Shown here one piece after another: positions 48,906 to 58,546 of a DNA stretch of 64,000 bases; within the stretch, counting starts at the first letter, position 1, and each line of letters opens with the position of its first letter. This DNA comes from Candidatus Latescibacterota bacterium (GTDB lineage: Bacteria; Latescibacterota; UBA2968). The stretch is taken from assembly GCA_965116885.1 (NCBI GenBank), contig OZ220741.1, positions 3,648,001 through 3,712,000 on the forward strand. Direction: 5' to 3'. The position numbers and the translations under genes were made by a program. The notes beneath the pieces were generated by a model. That model did no database searches and was not told the DNA's origin. It saw only the letters and a list, made by a program, of their open reading frames with translations.

Positions 48906-51548
48906 ATGGCGACACAACTGACACCTGCGATGGAACAGTACGCGCGTTTTAAGGAGCAGCATCCGGATGCGATTTTGCTATTTCGGATGGGCGATTTTTA
49001 CGAGACGTTTTACGATGATGCCGTTGTTGCATCTCAGCTTTTGGGTTTGACATTGACATCGCGTAACAATGGGCGTGCAGATCGCATCCCACTGGCAGGC
49101 GTGCCGCATCACGCGCTGGATACCTATCTCGCAAGGCTTATCAAAGCCGGTAAAAAAGTGGCGATTTGCGAGCAGATGGAGCCGCCGCAAAAGGGTAAAA
49201 AAGTGGTGCGCCGCGAGGTGGTGCAGGTTGTATCGCCGGGAACGGTAATGTCCGATGATTTGCTCGATCAAAAGCGCAATAATTATCTCGTGGGCATTTT
49301 TGTTTCTGACGATCAATTGGGCATGGCAACAGCGGATTTGTCAACGGGAATGTTCAGGGCATCGGAACGCGCGGCAGATGATTTGTGGGAGATATTGGAG
49401 CGCGTGGCTCCCGCAGAGGTGCTGGCGCCCGAGGCGTGGGTCAAAGACAACGAAGCCGAGTTTGAAGCGCGGATGCCGGGTGCTTTGCTCACGCATATAG
49501 AAGATTGGCATTTTGGACAGCATTATGCGTACGATACACTGAAGGAACATTTTAAGGTGGCGTCTCTCAAGGGCTTTGGATGCGATGATCTCACCGTTGG
49601 GATATGCGCCGCAGGTGGCGTGCTGTGTTATTTGCGCGAAAACCAGAAGGGTGCCGTATCCCATATTACGCGATTGGCGCGCGAACACACCGAGTCGGTG
49701 ATGGAATTGGATCTGGTGACACAGCGCAATTTGGAGCTGGTTACAACCATTCAAGAGGGGCGGCGCGAGGGCACGTTGTTTGGGGTTTTAGATCAGACGT
49801 GTACGCCGCAGGGCGCGCGGACACTGCGCACATGGCTATCACAGCCGCTTGTAGATGTCGGTCGCATTGACGCACGCCTGGATGCAGTACAAGAATTTGT
49901 CGAATCTGCGGTGTGTCGGGACGAGGCGCGAGAGGCCCTGCGCGGTGTTGGAGATCTGGAGCGATTGATGTCCCGAATTTGTTGCAATCGGGCCAATCCG
50001 CGAGAGCTTGTGGCGCTCCAGCGGTCCTTGGAAGCAATTGTTCCTCTGCGAGAAGCCCTGCGTGAATTTCGCGCGGATTTGCTGGTGCGGGCGCGCGATC
50101 AGGGCATGCCGGACCTGACAGAACTGATCAATTTGATCGCTCGCACGCTTGAGGACGACCCACCTGCACAGATTAGCGATGGCGGATATATCAGAACGGG
50201 CTATCACAAAGATCTGGATGAATTGCGGGAGATCGCATCGGGTGGGCGCGATTGGGTTGCCAATTTGCAGGCAGAGGAACGCGAGAAAACAGGTATTGCG
50301 TCGTTGAAGGTGGGGTATAACAAGGCATTTGGGTATTATATTGAGGTCACCAAGGCCAATCAGGATAAGGTGCCTGCGTATTTTGTGCGCAAGCAAACAC
50401 TGGTCAATGCCGAGCGGTATATCACGCCTGAGTTGAAGGATTGGGAGGCGAAAATTTTGGGCGCGGATGAGCGGGCCAAAGACCTCGAGCGCGATTTGTT
50501 TGCCGCGTTGCGCGAAAAGGTGGCCGGTTGGGTGGAGCCCGTGCAGCGCACGGCGCTATCCGTGGCCACGGTAGATGTGTTGAGTACGCTGGCAGAGGTG
50601 GCATCGTCCAGTGATTATGTGCGTCCCCAGGTGGATGATAGCGTGCGTATTGATGTGAAAGAAGGGCGACATCCCGCGGTTGAGCAGTTGCTTCCGGGCG
50701 GGAGTTTTGTGCCCAATGATCTGACGATTGATGGCGAGACCGATCAAATTTTACTGATTACTGGCCCAAATATGTCGGGGAAATCGACGATTTTGCGCCA
50801 GACCGGGTTGATTGTGCTTTTGGCGCAGGTCGGCAGTTTTGTGCCGGCGCGCGAGGCGCGTATTGGGGTGGTGGATCGCATTTTTACACGGGTGGGTGCA
50901 TCCGATAATCTGGCGCGGGGCGAGAGTACGTTTTTGGTGGAGATGAATGAGGCGGCGAATATTTTGAATAATGCGACGCCGAAGAGTTTGGTGCTTTTGG
51001 ACGAGATTGGACGCGGGACGAGTACGTTTGATGGGTTGAGCATTGCCTGGGCGATGACGGAGTATTTGCACAATGCCGAACAGATTCAGCCGCGGACGTT
51101 GTTTGCGACGCATTATCACGAGTTGACAGAATTGGAGGATTTGCTGCCGCGGGTGGTGAATTACAGCGTTGCGGTGCGCGAGGCGGGCGATACCATCGCG
51201 TTTTTACACAAGCTGGTGCCGGGTGGATGCGACCACAGCTACGGCATTGAGGTGGCGCGCCTGGCCGGGATGCCGACAGAGATGATTGCGCGAGCAAAAG
51301 AGATTTTGAACCGGCTGGAGCAAAACGATCTGTCAGTGGGGTCAAAACCCCAACCCGATCGCGTGAAGGAGAATGGGCAGATGCCGCTGTTTGCGCCGGT
51401 AGCAGAAGTGAAGGTGGAGCGGGAAGATCACCCGATGCTGTCTGAGTTGCGCGATTTAGACATCGCACATCTCACACCGGTTGAGGCGCTGGTGAAATTG
51501 GATGCGTGGAAGCGGGCGTTGATACAGGAATCACAACATGGCTCTTGA
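48906..51548 (+). CDS. mutS: DNA mismatch repair protein MutS
   Basis: FRMGDFYETF, TGPNMSGKST, DEIGRGTST, FATHYHEL. Confidence 0.97.
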   Translation: MATQLTPAMEQYARFKEQHPDAILLFRMGDFYETFYDDAVVASQLLGLTLTSRNNGRADRIPLAGVPHHALDTYLARLIKAGKKVAICEQMEPPQKGKKVVRREVVQVVSPGTVMSDDLLDQKRNNYLVGIFVSDDQLGMATADLSTGMFRASERAADDLWEILERVAPAEVLAPEAWVKDNEAEFEARMPGALLTHIEDWHFGQHYAYDTLKEHFKVASLKGFGCDDLTVGICAAGGVLCYLRENQKGAVSHITRLAREHTESVMELDLVTQRNLELVTTIQEGRREGTLFGVLDQTCTPQGARTLRTWLSQPLVDVGRIDARLDAVQEFVESAVCRDEAREALRGVGDLERLMSRICCNRANPRELVALQRSLEAIVPLREALREFRADLLVRARDQGMPDLTELINLIARTLEDDPPAQISDGGYIRTGYHKDLDELREIASGGRDWVANLQAEEREKTGIASLKVGYNKAFGYYIEVTKANQDKVPAYFVRKQTLVNAERYITPELKDWEAKILGADERAKDLERDLFAALREKVAGWVEPVQRTALSVATVDVLSTLAEVASSSDYVRPQVDDSVRIDVKEGRHPAVEQLLPGGSFVPNDLTIDGETDQILLITGPNMSGKSTILRQTGLIVLLAQVGSFVPAREARIGVVDRIFTRVGASDNLARGESTFLVEMNEAANILNNATPKSLVLLDEIGRGTSTFDGLSIAWAMTEYLHNAEQIQPRTLFATHYHELTELEDLLPRVVNYSVAVREAGDTIAFLHKLVPGGCDHSYGIEVARLAGMPTEMIARAKEILNRLEQNDLSVGSKPQPDRVKENGQMPLFAPVAEVKVEREDHPMLSELRDLDIAHLTPVEALVKLDAWKRALIQESQHGS

Positions 51549-51888
51549 AACGAGAATGACCATACCCGACATGCACAAAAAAATTGAGGAAATGGCACAG
51601 CGTCTGGTTGAACAATTTAACCCAGATAAAATTGTCCTTTTTGGCTCTTATGCCAGAGGTGATGTGGGGATAGATAGCGATGTAGATTTGCTGGTGGTCA
51701 AACCCATTGTTGGCTCTAAGCGCGAAGCACGCATTGCCATGCGAATGGCCGTTAGGGGACTGGGGATCGCAAAAGATATTGTGTTGGCTACCCCCGAAGA
51801 CATAGCAAAATATCAAAATGTAGTTGGCACAGTCATTCGATCCGCGCTGAATGAGGGAAAGGTCTTGTATGAACGCGCCGATTCATAA
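51538..51888 (+). CDS. minimal nucleotidyltransferase (MNT/MntA-like antitoxin)
   Basis: LFGSYARGD...SDVDLLVV. Confidence 0.85.
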   Translation: MALETRMTIPDMHKKIEEMAQRLVEQFNPDKIVLFGSYARGDVGIDSDVDLLVVKPIVGSKREARIAMRMAVRGLGIAKDIVLATPEDIAKYQNVVGTVIRSALNEGKVLYERADS

Positions 51889-52252
51889 TAAAGAGGTTGC
51901 AAAACAGATTCTCGATAAGCTCTCCGATGAGAGTTTAGAGGTGGTAATCAGTTTGCTGAGTTCTCTCAAAAACCAGGAGTGTCCCAAACGGACTGATCTG
52001 TTGTCGATCTATCCGTGGGTTCAGTATCTGTCCGATGAGGACTGCGACGAATTTTTCGAGGAACTATTAGATGCTGCAAAGGACAATGGCACAGGTGTTG
52101 ATGAAGTGGTCAACGCCTGGTGGGAGACCGCAGAAATCCTATCTGACCGTGAAACGATGACCGACATTGCTGAATCGGAAAAACATCTCGCAAATGGTGA
52201 GGGGGTTTCTTGGGACAGGGTGAAGCAACGCCTCAATATCAAATCGTTATAG
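51869..52252 (+). CDS. putative type II antitoxin
   Basis: C-terminus ETAEILSDRETMTDIAESEKH...VSWDRVK resembles Phd/YefM/RelB tails; precedes a RelE-like ORF. Confidence 0.55.
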   Translation: MNAPIHNKEVAKQILDKLSDESLEVVISLLSSLKNQECPKRTDLLSIYPWVQYLSDEDCDEFFEELLDAAKDNGTGVDEVVNAWWETAEILSDRETMTDIAESEKHLANGEGVSWDRVKQRLNIKSL

Positions 52253-52491
52253 CACCAAGAGTTGCACGAAATCTCGGGCGATTAGATCGGCGTATGATGG
52301 AACGAGTTTCACGACGGATTGACGCATTAGTCCAGCAACCCTATTTAGGGAAACCCCTGAAAGGTCGGCTCAAAGATAAGCGTTCCCTGCGTGTTGGTGA
52401 TTTTCTCGTAAAAAACCTAATCCCATGTGCGGCCCCTAAAATTATAGCTACACTGAGGCCAGCAATAGCACCTGAAATGATACTTTCATAG
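52210..52491 (+). pseudogene. truncated RelE/ParE-family toxin
   Basis: YQIVIAPRVARNLGRLD...PYLGKPLKGRLKDKRSLRVGDF, then loses the expected RIIY C-terminus at about 52403. Confidence 0.65.
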
Positions 52492-52580
52492 TTATCAATG
52501 ATTATATCATACATGACAAAACGGAGAAATGGGGCAGACAGGATTACCGATTGATCTGAACAAACTTGTATAAAAATAAA

Positions 52581-52608
52581 AAGAGGTCGATTTATATCGG
52601 CCTTTTTT
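52581..52608. terminator. hairpin terminator downstream of the duplicated phyH end
   Basis: AGGTCGAT/ATCGGCCT stem flanked by A and T runs. Confidence 0.55.
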
Positions 52609-52627
52609 CACTGTGTAAACAGACTGC

Positions 52628-52773
52628 TGACTATTCACTACTGATTCCGTGTTCTTCGAGCCAGGCTTTGAGGGGCACGTCTTCGGGCGCGGGGGAGGTG
52701 TAGCCGCGACCACCGGAGTAGCGACGCCCAGGAGTTGTTTTTGGATGGGCGTGCAGCGGTCGAGGTAGTGTTC
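52628..52773 (-). repeat. duplicated 3' end of the phyH-family gene (direct repeat of 53589-53735)
   Basis: About 147 bp with 6 substitutions and a 1-bp deletion by manual alignment. Confidence 0.92.
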
Positions 52774-53140
52774 AGCTTCCAAGTTCAGCAACATTGCGAA
52801 AACGATGGCGTCCTGTCTCAACAACGACAAATGCTTCTTCGAGTTCTGATTCAGAGTACGTTTCTAAAACGCGTTTCAACTCTCTGTGAACTGCAGATAG
52901 ATTTGTGGGATTAAGCCGCAGATATATGACCCCTGAGCCTGCGCGAAGGACAAACACAAGACGGCCAAAATCTCGATCTCGGGTTACAAGAAGCCTGTCA
53001 TCACTACGCGCAATACGCAACAACTCGCTATCGTCAGTTTGTGCATGTCCCGATTCACCTGCAGTCACAACATCATGTCCAAGGTCTTTGAGAAATTGTC
53101 CTGTAATCGCATAGACATCGTGATCGAGAAATAACCTCAT
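52772..53140 (-). CDS. DUF5615 family PIN-like toxin
   Basis: MRLFLDHDV...GHDVV...DDSELL...LVTRDRDFG. Confidence 0.85.
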   Translation of the reverse strand: MRLFLDHDVYAITGQFLKDLGHDVVTAGESGHAQTDDSELLRIARSDDRLLVTRDRDFGRLVFVLRAGSGVIYLRLNPTNLSAVHRELKRVLETYSESELEEAFVVVETGRHRFRNVAELGS

Positions 53141-53382
53141 CTCACCTCTGAAATATGAATATCTTCCACCTGCACTAAGTTAATCGCATAATGGATACAA
53201 GCGCGAATGTCGTCTTCTTGAAGGTCGGGAAAATAATCAGAGCGGATCGTCTTAAACGAGATTCCCTCACGCACCAATTCGAGAATATCAACCACGGGGA
53301 TCCGGGTTCCTGCAACACAAGGCTTACCAAAATGAATTTGGGGATCAACCGCAATCCTGCCTCGATAATTTCCATTTTCCAT
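53137..53382 (-). CDS. DUF433 family antitoxin
   Basis: IAVDPQIHFGKPCVAGTRIPV...DIRACIHYA; ATGA overlap with the PIN gene. Confidence 0.88.
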   Translation of the reverse strand: MENGNYRGRIAVDPQIHFGKPCVAGTRIPVVDILELVREGISFKTIRSDYFPDLQEDDIRACIHYAINLVQVEDIHISEVR

Positions 53383-53499
53383 ATCGCTTAGACTCCAATT
53401 TAACGATGCACGATGAATAATATTTCAATAACGGCGCCGAACGCAATCAGCCCGATGTGCCCGGCATTGAGGATGCGTTGCCCATCCAGTTCACTCAGG

Positions 53500-53528
53500 A
53501 AAGTACCGTATAAAAAGAAAAAAGTCAA
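53500..53528 (-). promoter_or_regulatory. sigma70-type promoter for the DUF433-PIN module
   Basis: Minus strand TTGACT-17 bp-TACTTT. Confidence 0.5.
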
Positions 53529-53591
53529 TTTTCTCGCCAAGGCAGATAGGGGTAGGCGGTAGAGCAGGGATACAGATAAAATTTTTAGTGA

Positions 53592-54437
53592 CTATTCACT
53601 ACTGATCCCGTGTTCTTCAAGCCAGGCTTTGAGGGGCGCGTCTTCGGGTGTGGGGGAGGTGTAGCCGCGACCACCGGAGTAGCTGACGCCGAGGAGTTGT
53701 TTTTGGATGGGCGTGCAGCGGTCGAGGTAGTGTTCTACGCGCATGTCGTCGCGTGGGCGAAGCCAGCGGTAGGAGTAGCCGTAGAAGAGTACGCGGCGGG
53801 GTTCCTTCCAGTAGTTGGTACTGGCGGAGTGCCATAAGCGGCGGTCAAAAAATACGGCTGATCCAGGGGGCACGAGCACCGGGATGGCGTCTTTGTGTAG
53901 CGCGTTGCGATCTTCTCCGGGAAATGTGTTTTGCGTTTGGCTTTTGGGAAGGACGTAGAAATTGCCGCGGCCCGGTTGGGTTGTGTCGGTGAGAAAAAAG
54001 CCGATTTTGAGGGAGATCATGGGACGCGGATTCATGTCAAAATCCTGATTGATGCGGCCGCTGTCTTGATGGAAACCGAGACCGGGACCGTCTTTTTCGA
54101 GTGTTTTGTTCGGTTCTGCAGGGGGTGTCACGGTCATGTGGGTGTGGTAGAGCTGGATGTGCCATCCCAGGATGCCCCACACTTTGGGAAATGTTTTGTG
54201 CCAGTCGAGCAAGGGCAAGAAATGGTCGTCTTTACCTATGAAGTCGTAGTGGTTGATGCGCGCTGTGGCACTTTTGCCCATTCGAGCGCGTTCTTCTTTA
54301 TCCACGCGATCTACTGCGACGACGAGATCGCTGACCATGTCGGGCGACAGGGCATCCGGAACGATGAAATAGCCATCCCGTTTGAATTTGCGCGCTTCTT
54401 CTTCTGTCAGACAATAATCGAGACATTTGGGGTGCAT
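53592..54437 (-). CDS. phytanoyl-CoA dioxygenase (PhyH) family protein
   Basis: FKRDGYFIV, HQD facial triad, FDRRLWHS, PRRVL. Confidence 0.88.
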   Translation of the reverse strand: MHPKCLDYCLTEEEARKFKRDGYFIVPDALSPDMVSDLVVAVDRVDKEERARMGKSATARINHYDFIGKDDHFLPLLDWHKTFPKVWGILGWHIQLYHTHMTVTPPAEPNKTLEKDGPGLGFHQDSGRINQDFDMNPRPMISLKIGFFLTDTTQPGRGNFYVLPKSQTQNTFPGEDRNALHKDAIPVLVPPGSAVFFDRRLWHSASTNYWKEPRRVLFYGYSYRWLRPRDDMRVEHYLDRCTPIQKQLLGVSYSGGRGYTSPTPEDAPLKAWLEEHGISSE

Positions 54438-54453
54438 TGTTTGGCTCCTTATC

Positions 54454-54915
54454 TCAGGTCTTTGTTTTACAACGTCGCGTCAGTACATACCGATCTTCTG
54501 CGGCGCGATAATAACCTTTCACAAAGTTTCTCTCGCTAAATCCCCATTTTTCGTACAGGGAAATAGCACTTTCATTTTCGGGATCTACGGTTAAAAAGCA
54601 GTCCACGCCGATTTGATCGCACTCGGCCAAGACTGCGTCGAACAAAGCGGAACCTATGCCTTTGCCGCGAAAGGGATGATTCACAAATACTTTGTGCAAA
54701 CAATAAAGGCTGTCCGTTCTCGTGGGAAATGCCAGCACAGCACCGATTAGTTTTTCGCGCTCCCACGCACAGAATACCAGTGCATGCTCTGTCCACAATC
54801 GCCAGACGTGTTCGCCATCGGGAATGTACTCAGAATTCCGGTTTTGTGCCCATGCTTCGCGGTCCAATTTTGCGATTTCCAAAAAGTCGCGCGTTTCGGC
54901 ACGCTGAATATGCAT
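54454..54915 (-). CDS. GNAT family N-acetyltransferase
   Basis: VNHPFRGKGIG, NESAISLYEKWGF. Confidence 0.88.
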   Translation of the reverse strand: MHIQRAETRDFLEIAKLDREAWAQNRNSEYIPDGEHVWRLWTEHALVFCAWEREKLIGAVLAFPTRTDSLYCLHKVFVNHPFRGKGIGSALFDAVLAECDQIGVDCFLTVDPENESAISLYEKWGFSERNFVKGYYRAAEDRYVLTRRCKTKT

Positions 54916-55146
54916 CTCAAATACTCCTGCGAATAGCGGTTTGTACCTGTGTAGATATGTAGAAATGTTTGATGTGCGTCAAGTTATTTTGTATGTCTTG
55001 GGGGAGATCCTTCAAAGGCATTGACATTCTCACAGCAAGTCCTATCTTCAGATGCGGTTGGCAACGATAAGTTCATCCACTTTCAGCTTTTGGCCCTTTG
55101 TTTTGCCGACCGATAGCGGCTGAGAGCTACCAATTGGGAGATAAAA

Positions 55147-55908
55147 ATGAAGTTGGGTATTGTCACGTATCAGATCGCCGCGGACTGGGATGTTGCCACG
55201 ATTATCAAAAACTGTGCCGAACTCGGTTATGGCGGTGCCGAATTGCGTACCACGCATGCTCACGGCGTTGAATCAGATCTTTCGGCGGGACAAAGGGAAG
55301 ATATCCGCAAACAATTTGAAGATGGCGGTGTCGAAATCGCGGGTTTGGGCTCGGCATTTGAATACCATTCGGATGATCCCGGCGTTGTGCGCGAAAATAT
55401 TGATGGCACTATTGAATACGCCAAACTCGCCGCCGACCTGGGTTGCCCAGGCGTTAAGGTGCGGCCCAATGGTCTGCAAACCGAGAAGGGCATTTCGGTA
55501 GATCAGACACTCGAACAAATTGGCAAATCCGTGCGCGAATGCGCGATTGCCGCTGATGATCTGGGGGTGCAAATTCGGGTGGAAGTACACGGGCGAGAAA
55601 CGCAAAAACCTGCGTATATGCGCACGATTATGGATTGGGCAGATCACGACAATGCAAAGATATGCTGGAATTCGAATTTGGGCGAAGTAGAAGATGGCTC
55701 TGTCAAAGCCAATTTTGACCTGCTCAAACACAAAATCGGTCTGGTACACATCACCGAATTGTGCAATCCGGCCTATCCATGGCGCGAACTCTTCTCTCTT
55801 CTCAAAGCCGAAGGCTATGCGGGATATACGCTGGCCGAAATCCCCGGTAGCTCAGATGCTGAGCGTCTGCTCCAATATTACAAGGCTTTGTGGGAAGCGT
55901 ATCAGTAG
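55147..55908 (+). CDS. sugar phosphate isomerase/epimerase (xylose isomerase-like TIM barrel)
   Basis: GYGGAELR, VEVHG, VHITEL, LAEI. Promoter TTGACA-17-TATCTT at 55021. Confidence 0.8.
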   Translation: MKLGIVTYQIAADWDVATIIKNCAELGYGGAELRTTHAHGVESDLSAGQREDIRKQFEDGGVEIAGLGSAFEYHSDDPGVVRENIDGTIEYAKLAADLGCPGVKVRPNGLQTEKGISVDQTLEQIGKSVRECAIAADDLGVQIRVEVHGRETQKPAYMRTIMDWADHDNAKICWNSNLGEVEDGSVKANFDLLKHKIGLVHITELCNPAYPWRELFSLLKAEGYAGYTLAEIPGSSDAERLLQYYKALWEAYQ

Positions 55909-55927
55909 GTAGGCTCCGTTCCTCTTG

Positions 55928-56611
55928 ATGAGTGTACAAAAAGAAATTTACGCCCTCAAACGCGAACTCGCCGCACGTTATCAACTCGGCGAAGAACACC
56001 ACAATATTTGTGGGCGCAAAATAGGTGTGACGTGTGTTGAAGATGCCGAAGCACTCTTTGACAAAATGCAAATGGCCGATCCCGATAGCATTGAGGTGCA
56101 GGATGAACGCCTGCCGTATTGGGCTACGCTTTGGGATTCTGCGCTTGTTTTGTCCGATGTTCTGCTCGCGGATAATCTGATTGCGTCGGGCGAATCCGTG
56201 CTTGAACTCGGCTGTGGGTTGGGCCTTGTGTCATCTATTGCCTGTCTCAAACGCGCGCGTGTCACTGCTACGGATTACCAGCCCGATGCACTCAAGTTCG
56301 CGCGACTCAACAGTTTGCAAATTGCTGGCGTCGTGCCCAGGACAATGCTCATTGACTGGCGTTCCCCGCCGCAAGAACAACACTATGCCACCTTGTTGGG
56401 CGCAGATCTCGTGTACGAACTGCGCTTTTTCGATCCTCTCATCGCCACATTCGACGCCCTTCTCGCACCGGGAGGGCGCATTTTATTTTCTGAACCCAAT
56501 CGCGTCTTAGGTAGATCTTTTTTTGATCGTCTGCTCAATACGGGCTGGACGTTTTCCACGATAACCGAGCGAGAAGGCGCGACGGTATATGAGATTGTGA
56601 GAAGTGATTAG
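55928..56611 (+). CDS. Methyltransf_16-type (METTL21-like) methyltransferase
   Basis: PYWATLWDSA, VLELGCGLGL, ATDY, GADLVY. Confidence 0.78.
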   Translation: MSVQKEIYALKRELAARYQLGEEHHNICGRKIGVTCVEDAEALFDKMQMADPDSIEVQDERLPYWATLWDSALVLSDVLLADNLIASGESVLELGCGLGLVSSIACLKRARVTATDYQPDALKFARLNSLQIAGVVPRTMLIDWRSPPQEQHYATLLGADLVYELRFFDPLIATFDALLAPGGRILFSEPNRVLGRSFFDRLLNTGWTFSTITEREGATVYEIVRSD

Positions 56612-57498
56612 AATATATCCAAATCCGCTGCTTCGATTTCTTTCCGCAATGCTTTCTCTTCTTCCTCATCGAGCGGACGTGTAGGCTTGATGGGGTCGCC
56701 GCACTCGATTCCCTGCCAGCGCAATACGGCGCGTACGCTGCCGTGTCCACTGTATTTTTGACAAATCCGAATCAGTTCATTCACGTCTGCTTGCAATGCG
56801 CGGGCCGTGTCCAAATCGCGCTTGTTCACCGCTTCGTAAATGCCCACAAAATGCGCGGGCATCACGTTGTAAAATGTGCCGATTCCCCCCTGAGCACCTG
56901 CCGCAATGCCCGATAGGGCTACTTCGTCATGTCCGTTAAAAATATGCGGTTTATGCGGCCCATTGAGTACGCGTTCCATTAAGAACAGGTTGAAATTTGT
57001 GAACTTAATGCCCACCACGCCCTCGAGTGCGAGCATCTGGTTGATTTGTTCAAACGAATACTCCTGATGCGTGACCACGGGGATATAATACACAAAGACC
57101 GGCAAATTTGCCGCCGAACTCAGCGCACTGTAATACGCTAGGATGTCTTCAAACCGATATCCCTGGACATAAGGCGGCAAACTCGAAATGCCATCGGCTC
57201 CCGCATCTGCGGCGTGTTTGGCGAGTTCAACGGCATCGCGCTCCGAGGGCGCGCCGACGTGTACTACTACTCGGCCATGTCCTTTTGATGCTTTGACGGC
57301 AATTTCTGTGGCCAACTTGCGCTCGGCCATTGTCATCAAATAGCCTTCGCCCGTGTTGCCTGCCACGTACACGCCGTGTGATCCCTGTTCGTAGATACGC
57401 GCCATGAGTTTTTCATATGCCGAGACGCTAAATGCGCCTGTCCCATCCCTGGGACTGACCAGTGCGGGATACATGCCCTTAAATCCGTCGAGTATCAC
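56608..57498 (-). CDS. dihydrodipicolinate synthase / N-acetylneuraminate lyase family aldolase
   Basis: GNTGE, VYYIP, GIKFT (Schiff-base Lys), GGIGTFYN. Confidence 0.85.
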   Translation of the reverse strand: MILDGFKGMYPALVSPRDGTGAFSVSAYEKLMARIYEQGSHGVYVAGNTGEGYLMTMAERKLATEIAVKASKGHGRVVVHVGAPSERDAVELAKHAADAGADGISSLPPYVQGYRFEDILAYYSALSSAANLPVFVYYIPVVTHQEYSFEQINQMLALEGVVGIKFTNFNLFLMERVLNGPHKPHIFNGHDEVALSGIAAGAQGGIGTFYNVMPAHFVGIYEAVNKRDLDTARALQADVNELIRICQKYSGHGSVRAVLRWQGIECGDPIKPTRPLDEEEEKALRKEIEAADLDIF

Positions 57499-58502
57499 AG
57501 GGCGCCTCCTGTTTTTTCGTAAAGTGTACGGGATAGTAATTCGATTTCTGTGCGTTCAACCAGTGTCTCTACGAGATGTTGCGGCAAACCCGCTGTGCCG
57601 TGATACAAACCGCTCAGGGTGCCGGCAATGGCTGCAAATGTATCGACATCGCCACCCGTGAGCAGCGCGCGTTCAACTGTGGGGATAAATTCTCCTTCTG
57701 CGCGCAAAAATGCCTCCAAAGCTACGACAATTGTGGCCTGGGCTTCGCTTGGTATGGCGTTTTCTCGCGCAGCTTCGGGCATTTGTACCATGGCCGCCCA
57801 CGCATCTTCCTCGTTCATTGTCAGCAATGTCCGCACCTGTGCGATCAACTCGCCTGTGGATTCGCAAATCGGTCTGGCCGACCACTCGGCTACGTCCAGT
57901 ACCTCATTTCCGTCCAGCGGGCGATGTGTTACCAGATGCCCCACCACATGGGCCATCGCGACCGCAGGTGCAACTGCGCGTGGATCCTGGTGCGTCACAT
58001 GGCTCGCTGCAATAGCATCCTCCAGGATATTTTCACCAGTTGCCCAATTCCACAAGCCCACTGGCGCGATTTTCATGACCGCTCCGTTGGAAGGGTGGTC
58101 TTTCGATGCGGCTTCAGACCAGGGCAGACCCTGATCAAGGCGTTCCAGAGTCTCCTTAAAAGCCCTGCCATACATTTGCAGGAGTCCCTCACGCCACATC
58201 GCCAAAAATCGATTGCTCAGGTCTTCGGGGTCAATCTTTTCACACGCTATAATTGACTCAACCAGGACGAGGGTCTGCTGGGTATCGTCTGTATATTCTC
58301 CCGCTGGTCGGGTCAACACGCCTTCCCGATTGACCCGACCGCGATAGTGGTCTGTCAATCCCTCTACCGCTCTGATCCGATCCCTGTCCCATCCCTCGCA
58401 AAAACAGCCCAGAGTATCGCCTATTGCGCCGCCCAGTAGCGCGCCTACAAACATATCTTCGACCTCGATGTCTTCTATATCGTCGTCCCAGTAATCAGCC
58501 AT
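57495..58502 (-). CDS. ADP-ribosylglycohydrolase family protein
   Basis: GAIGDTLG, YTDDT, SNGAVM, GGDVDT. Confidence 0.9.
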   Translation of the reverse strand: MADYWDDDIEDIEVEDMFVGALLGGAIGDTLGCFCEGWDRDRIRAVEGLTDHYRGRVNREGVLTRPAGEYTDDTQQTLVLVESIIACEKIDPEDLSNRFLAMWREGLLQMYGRAFKETLERLDQGLPWSEAASKDHPSNGAVMKIAPVGLWNWATGENILEDAIAASHVTHQDPRAVAPAVAMAHVVGHLVTHRPLDGNEVLDVAEWSARPICESTGELIAQVRTLLTMNEEDAWAAMVQMPEAARENAIPSEAQATIVVALEAFLRAEGEFIPTVERALLTGGDVDTFAAIAGTLSGLYHGTAGLPQHLVETLVERTEIELLSRTLYEKTGGAL

Positions 58503-58546
58503 AATTCAAATCCTCAAGTTTAATCGGTGTAAAAATACAAGGGCCT

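Noticed and set aside
52628..52773. DGR template/variable repeat pair with phyH
   Set aside because: Differences are not confined to adenines, include an indel, and no reverse transcriptase is present.
52507..52830. 107-aa minus-strand ORF
   Set aside because: Artefact of the frameshifted duplicated phyH end.
55035..55120. Riboswitch in the leader of the sugar isomerase gene
   Set aside because: One 10-bp stem (CGGTTGGCAA/TTGCCGACCG) only; no aptamer consensus recognised.
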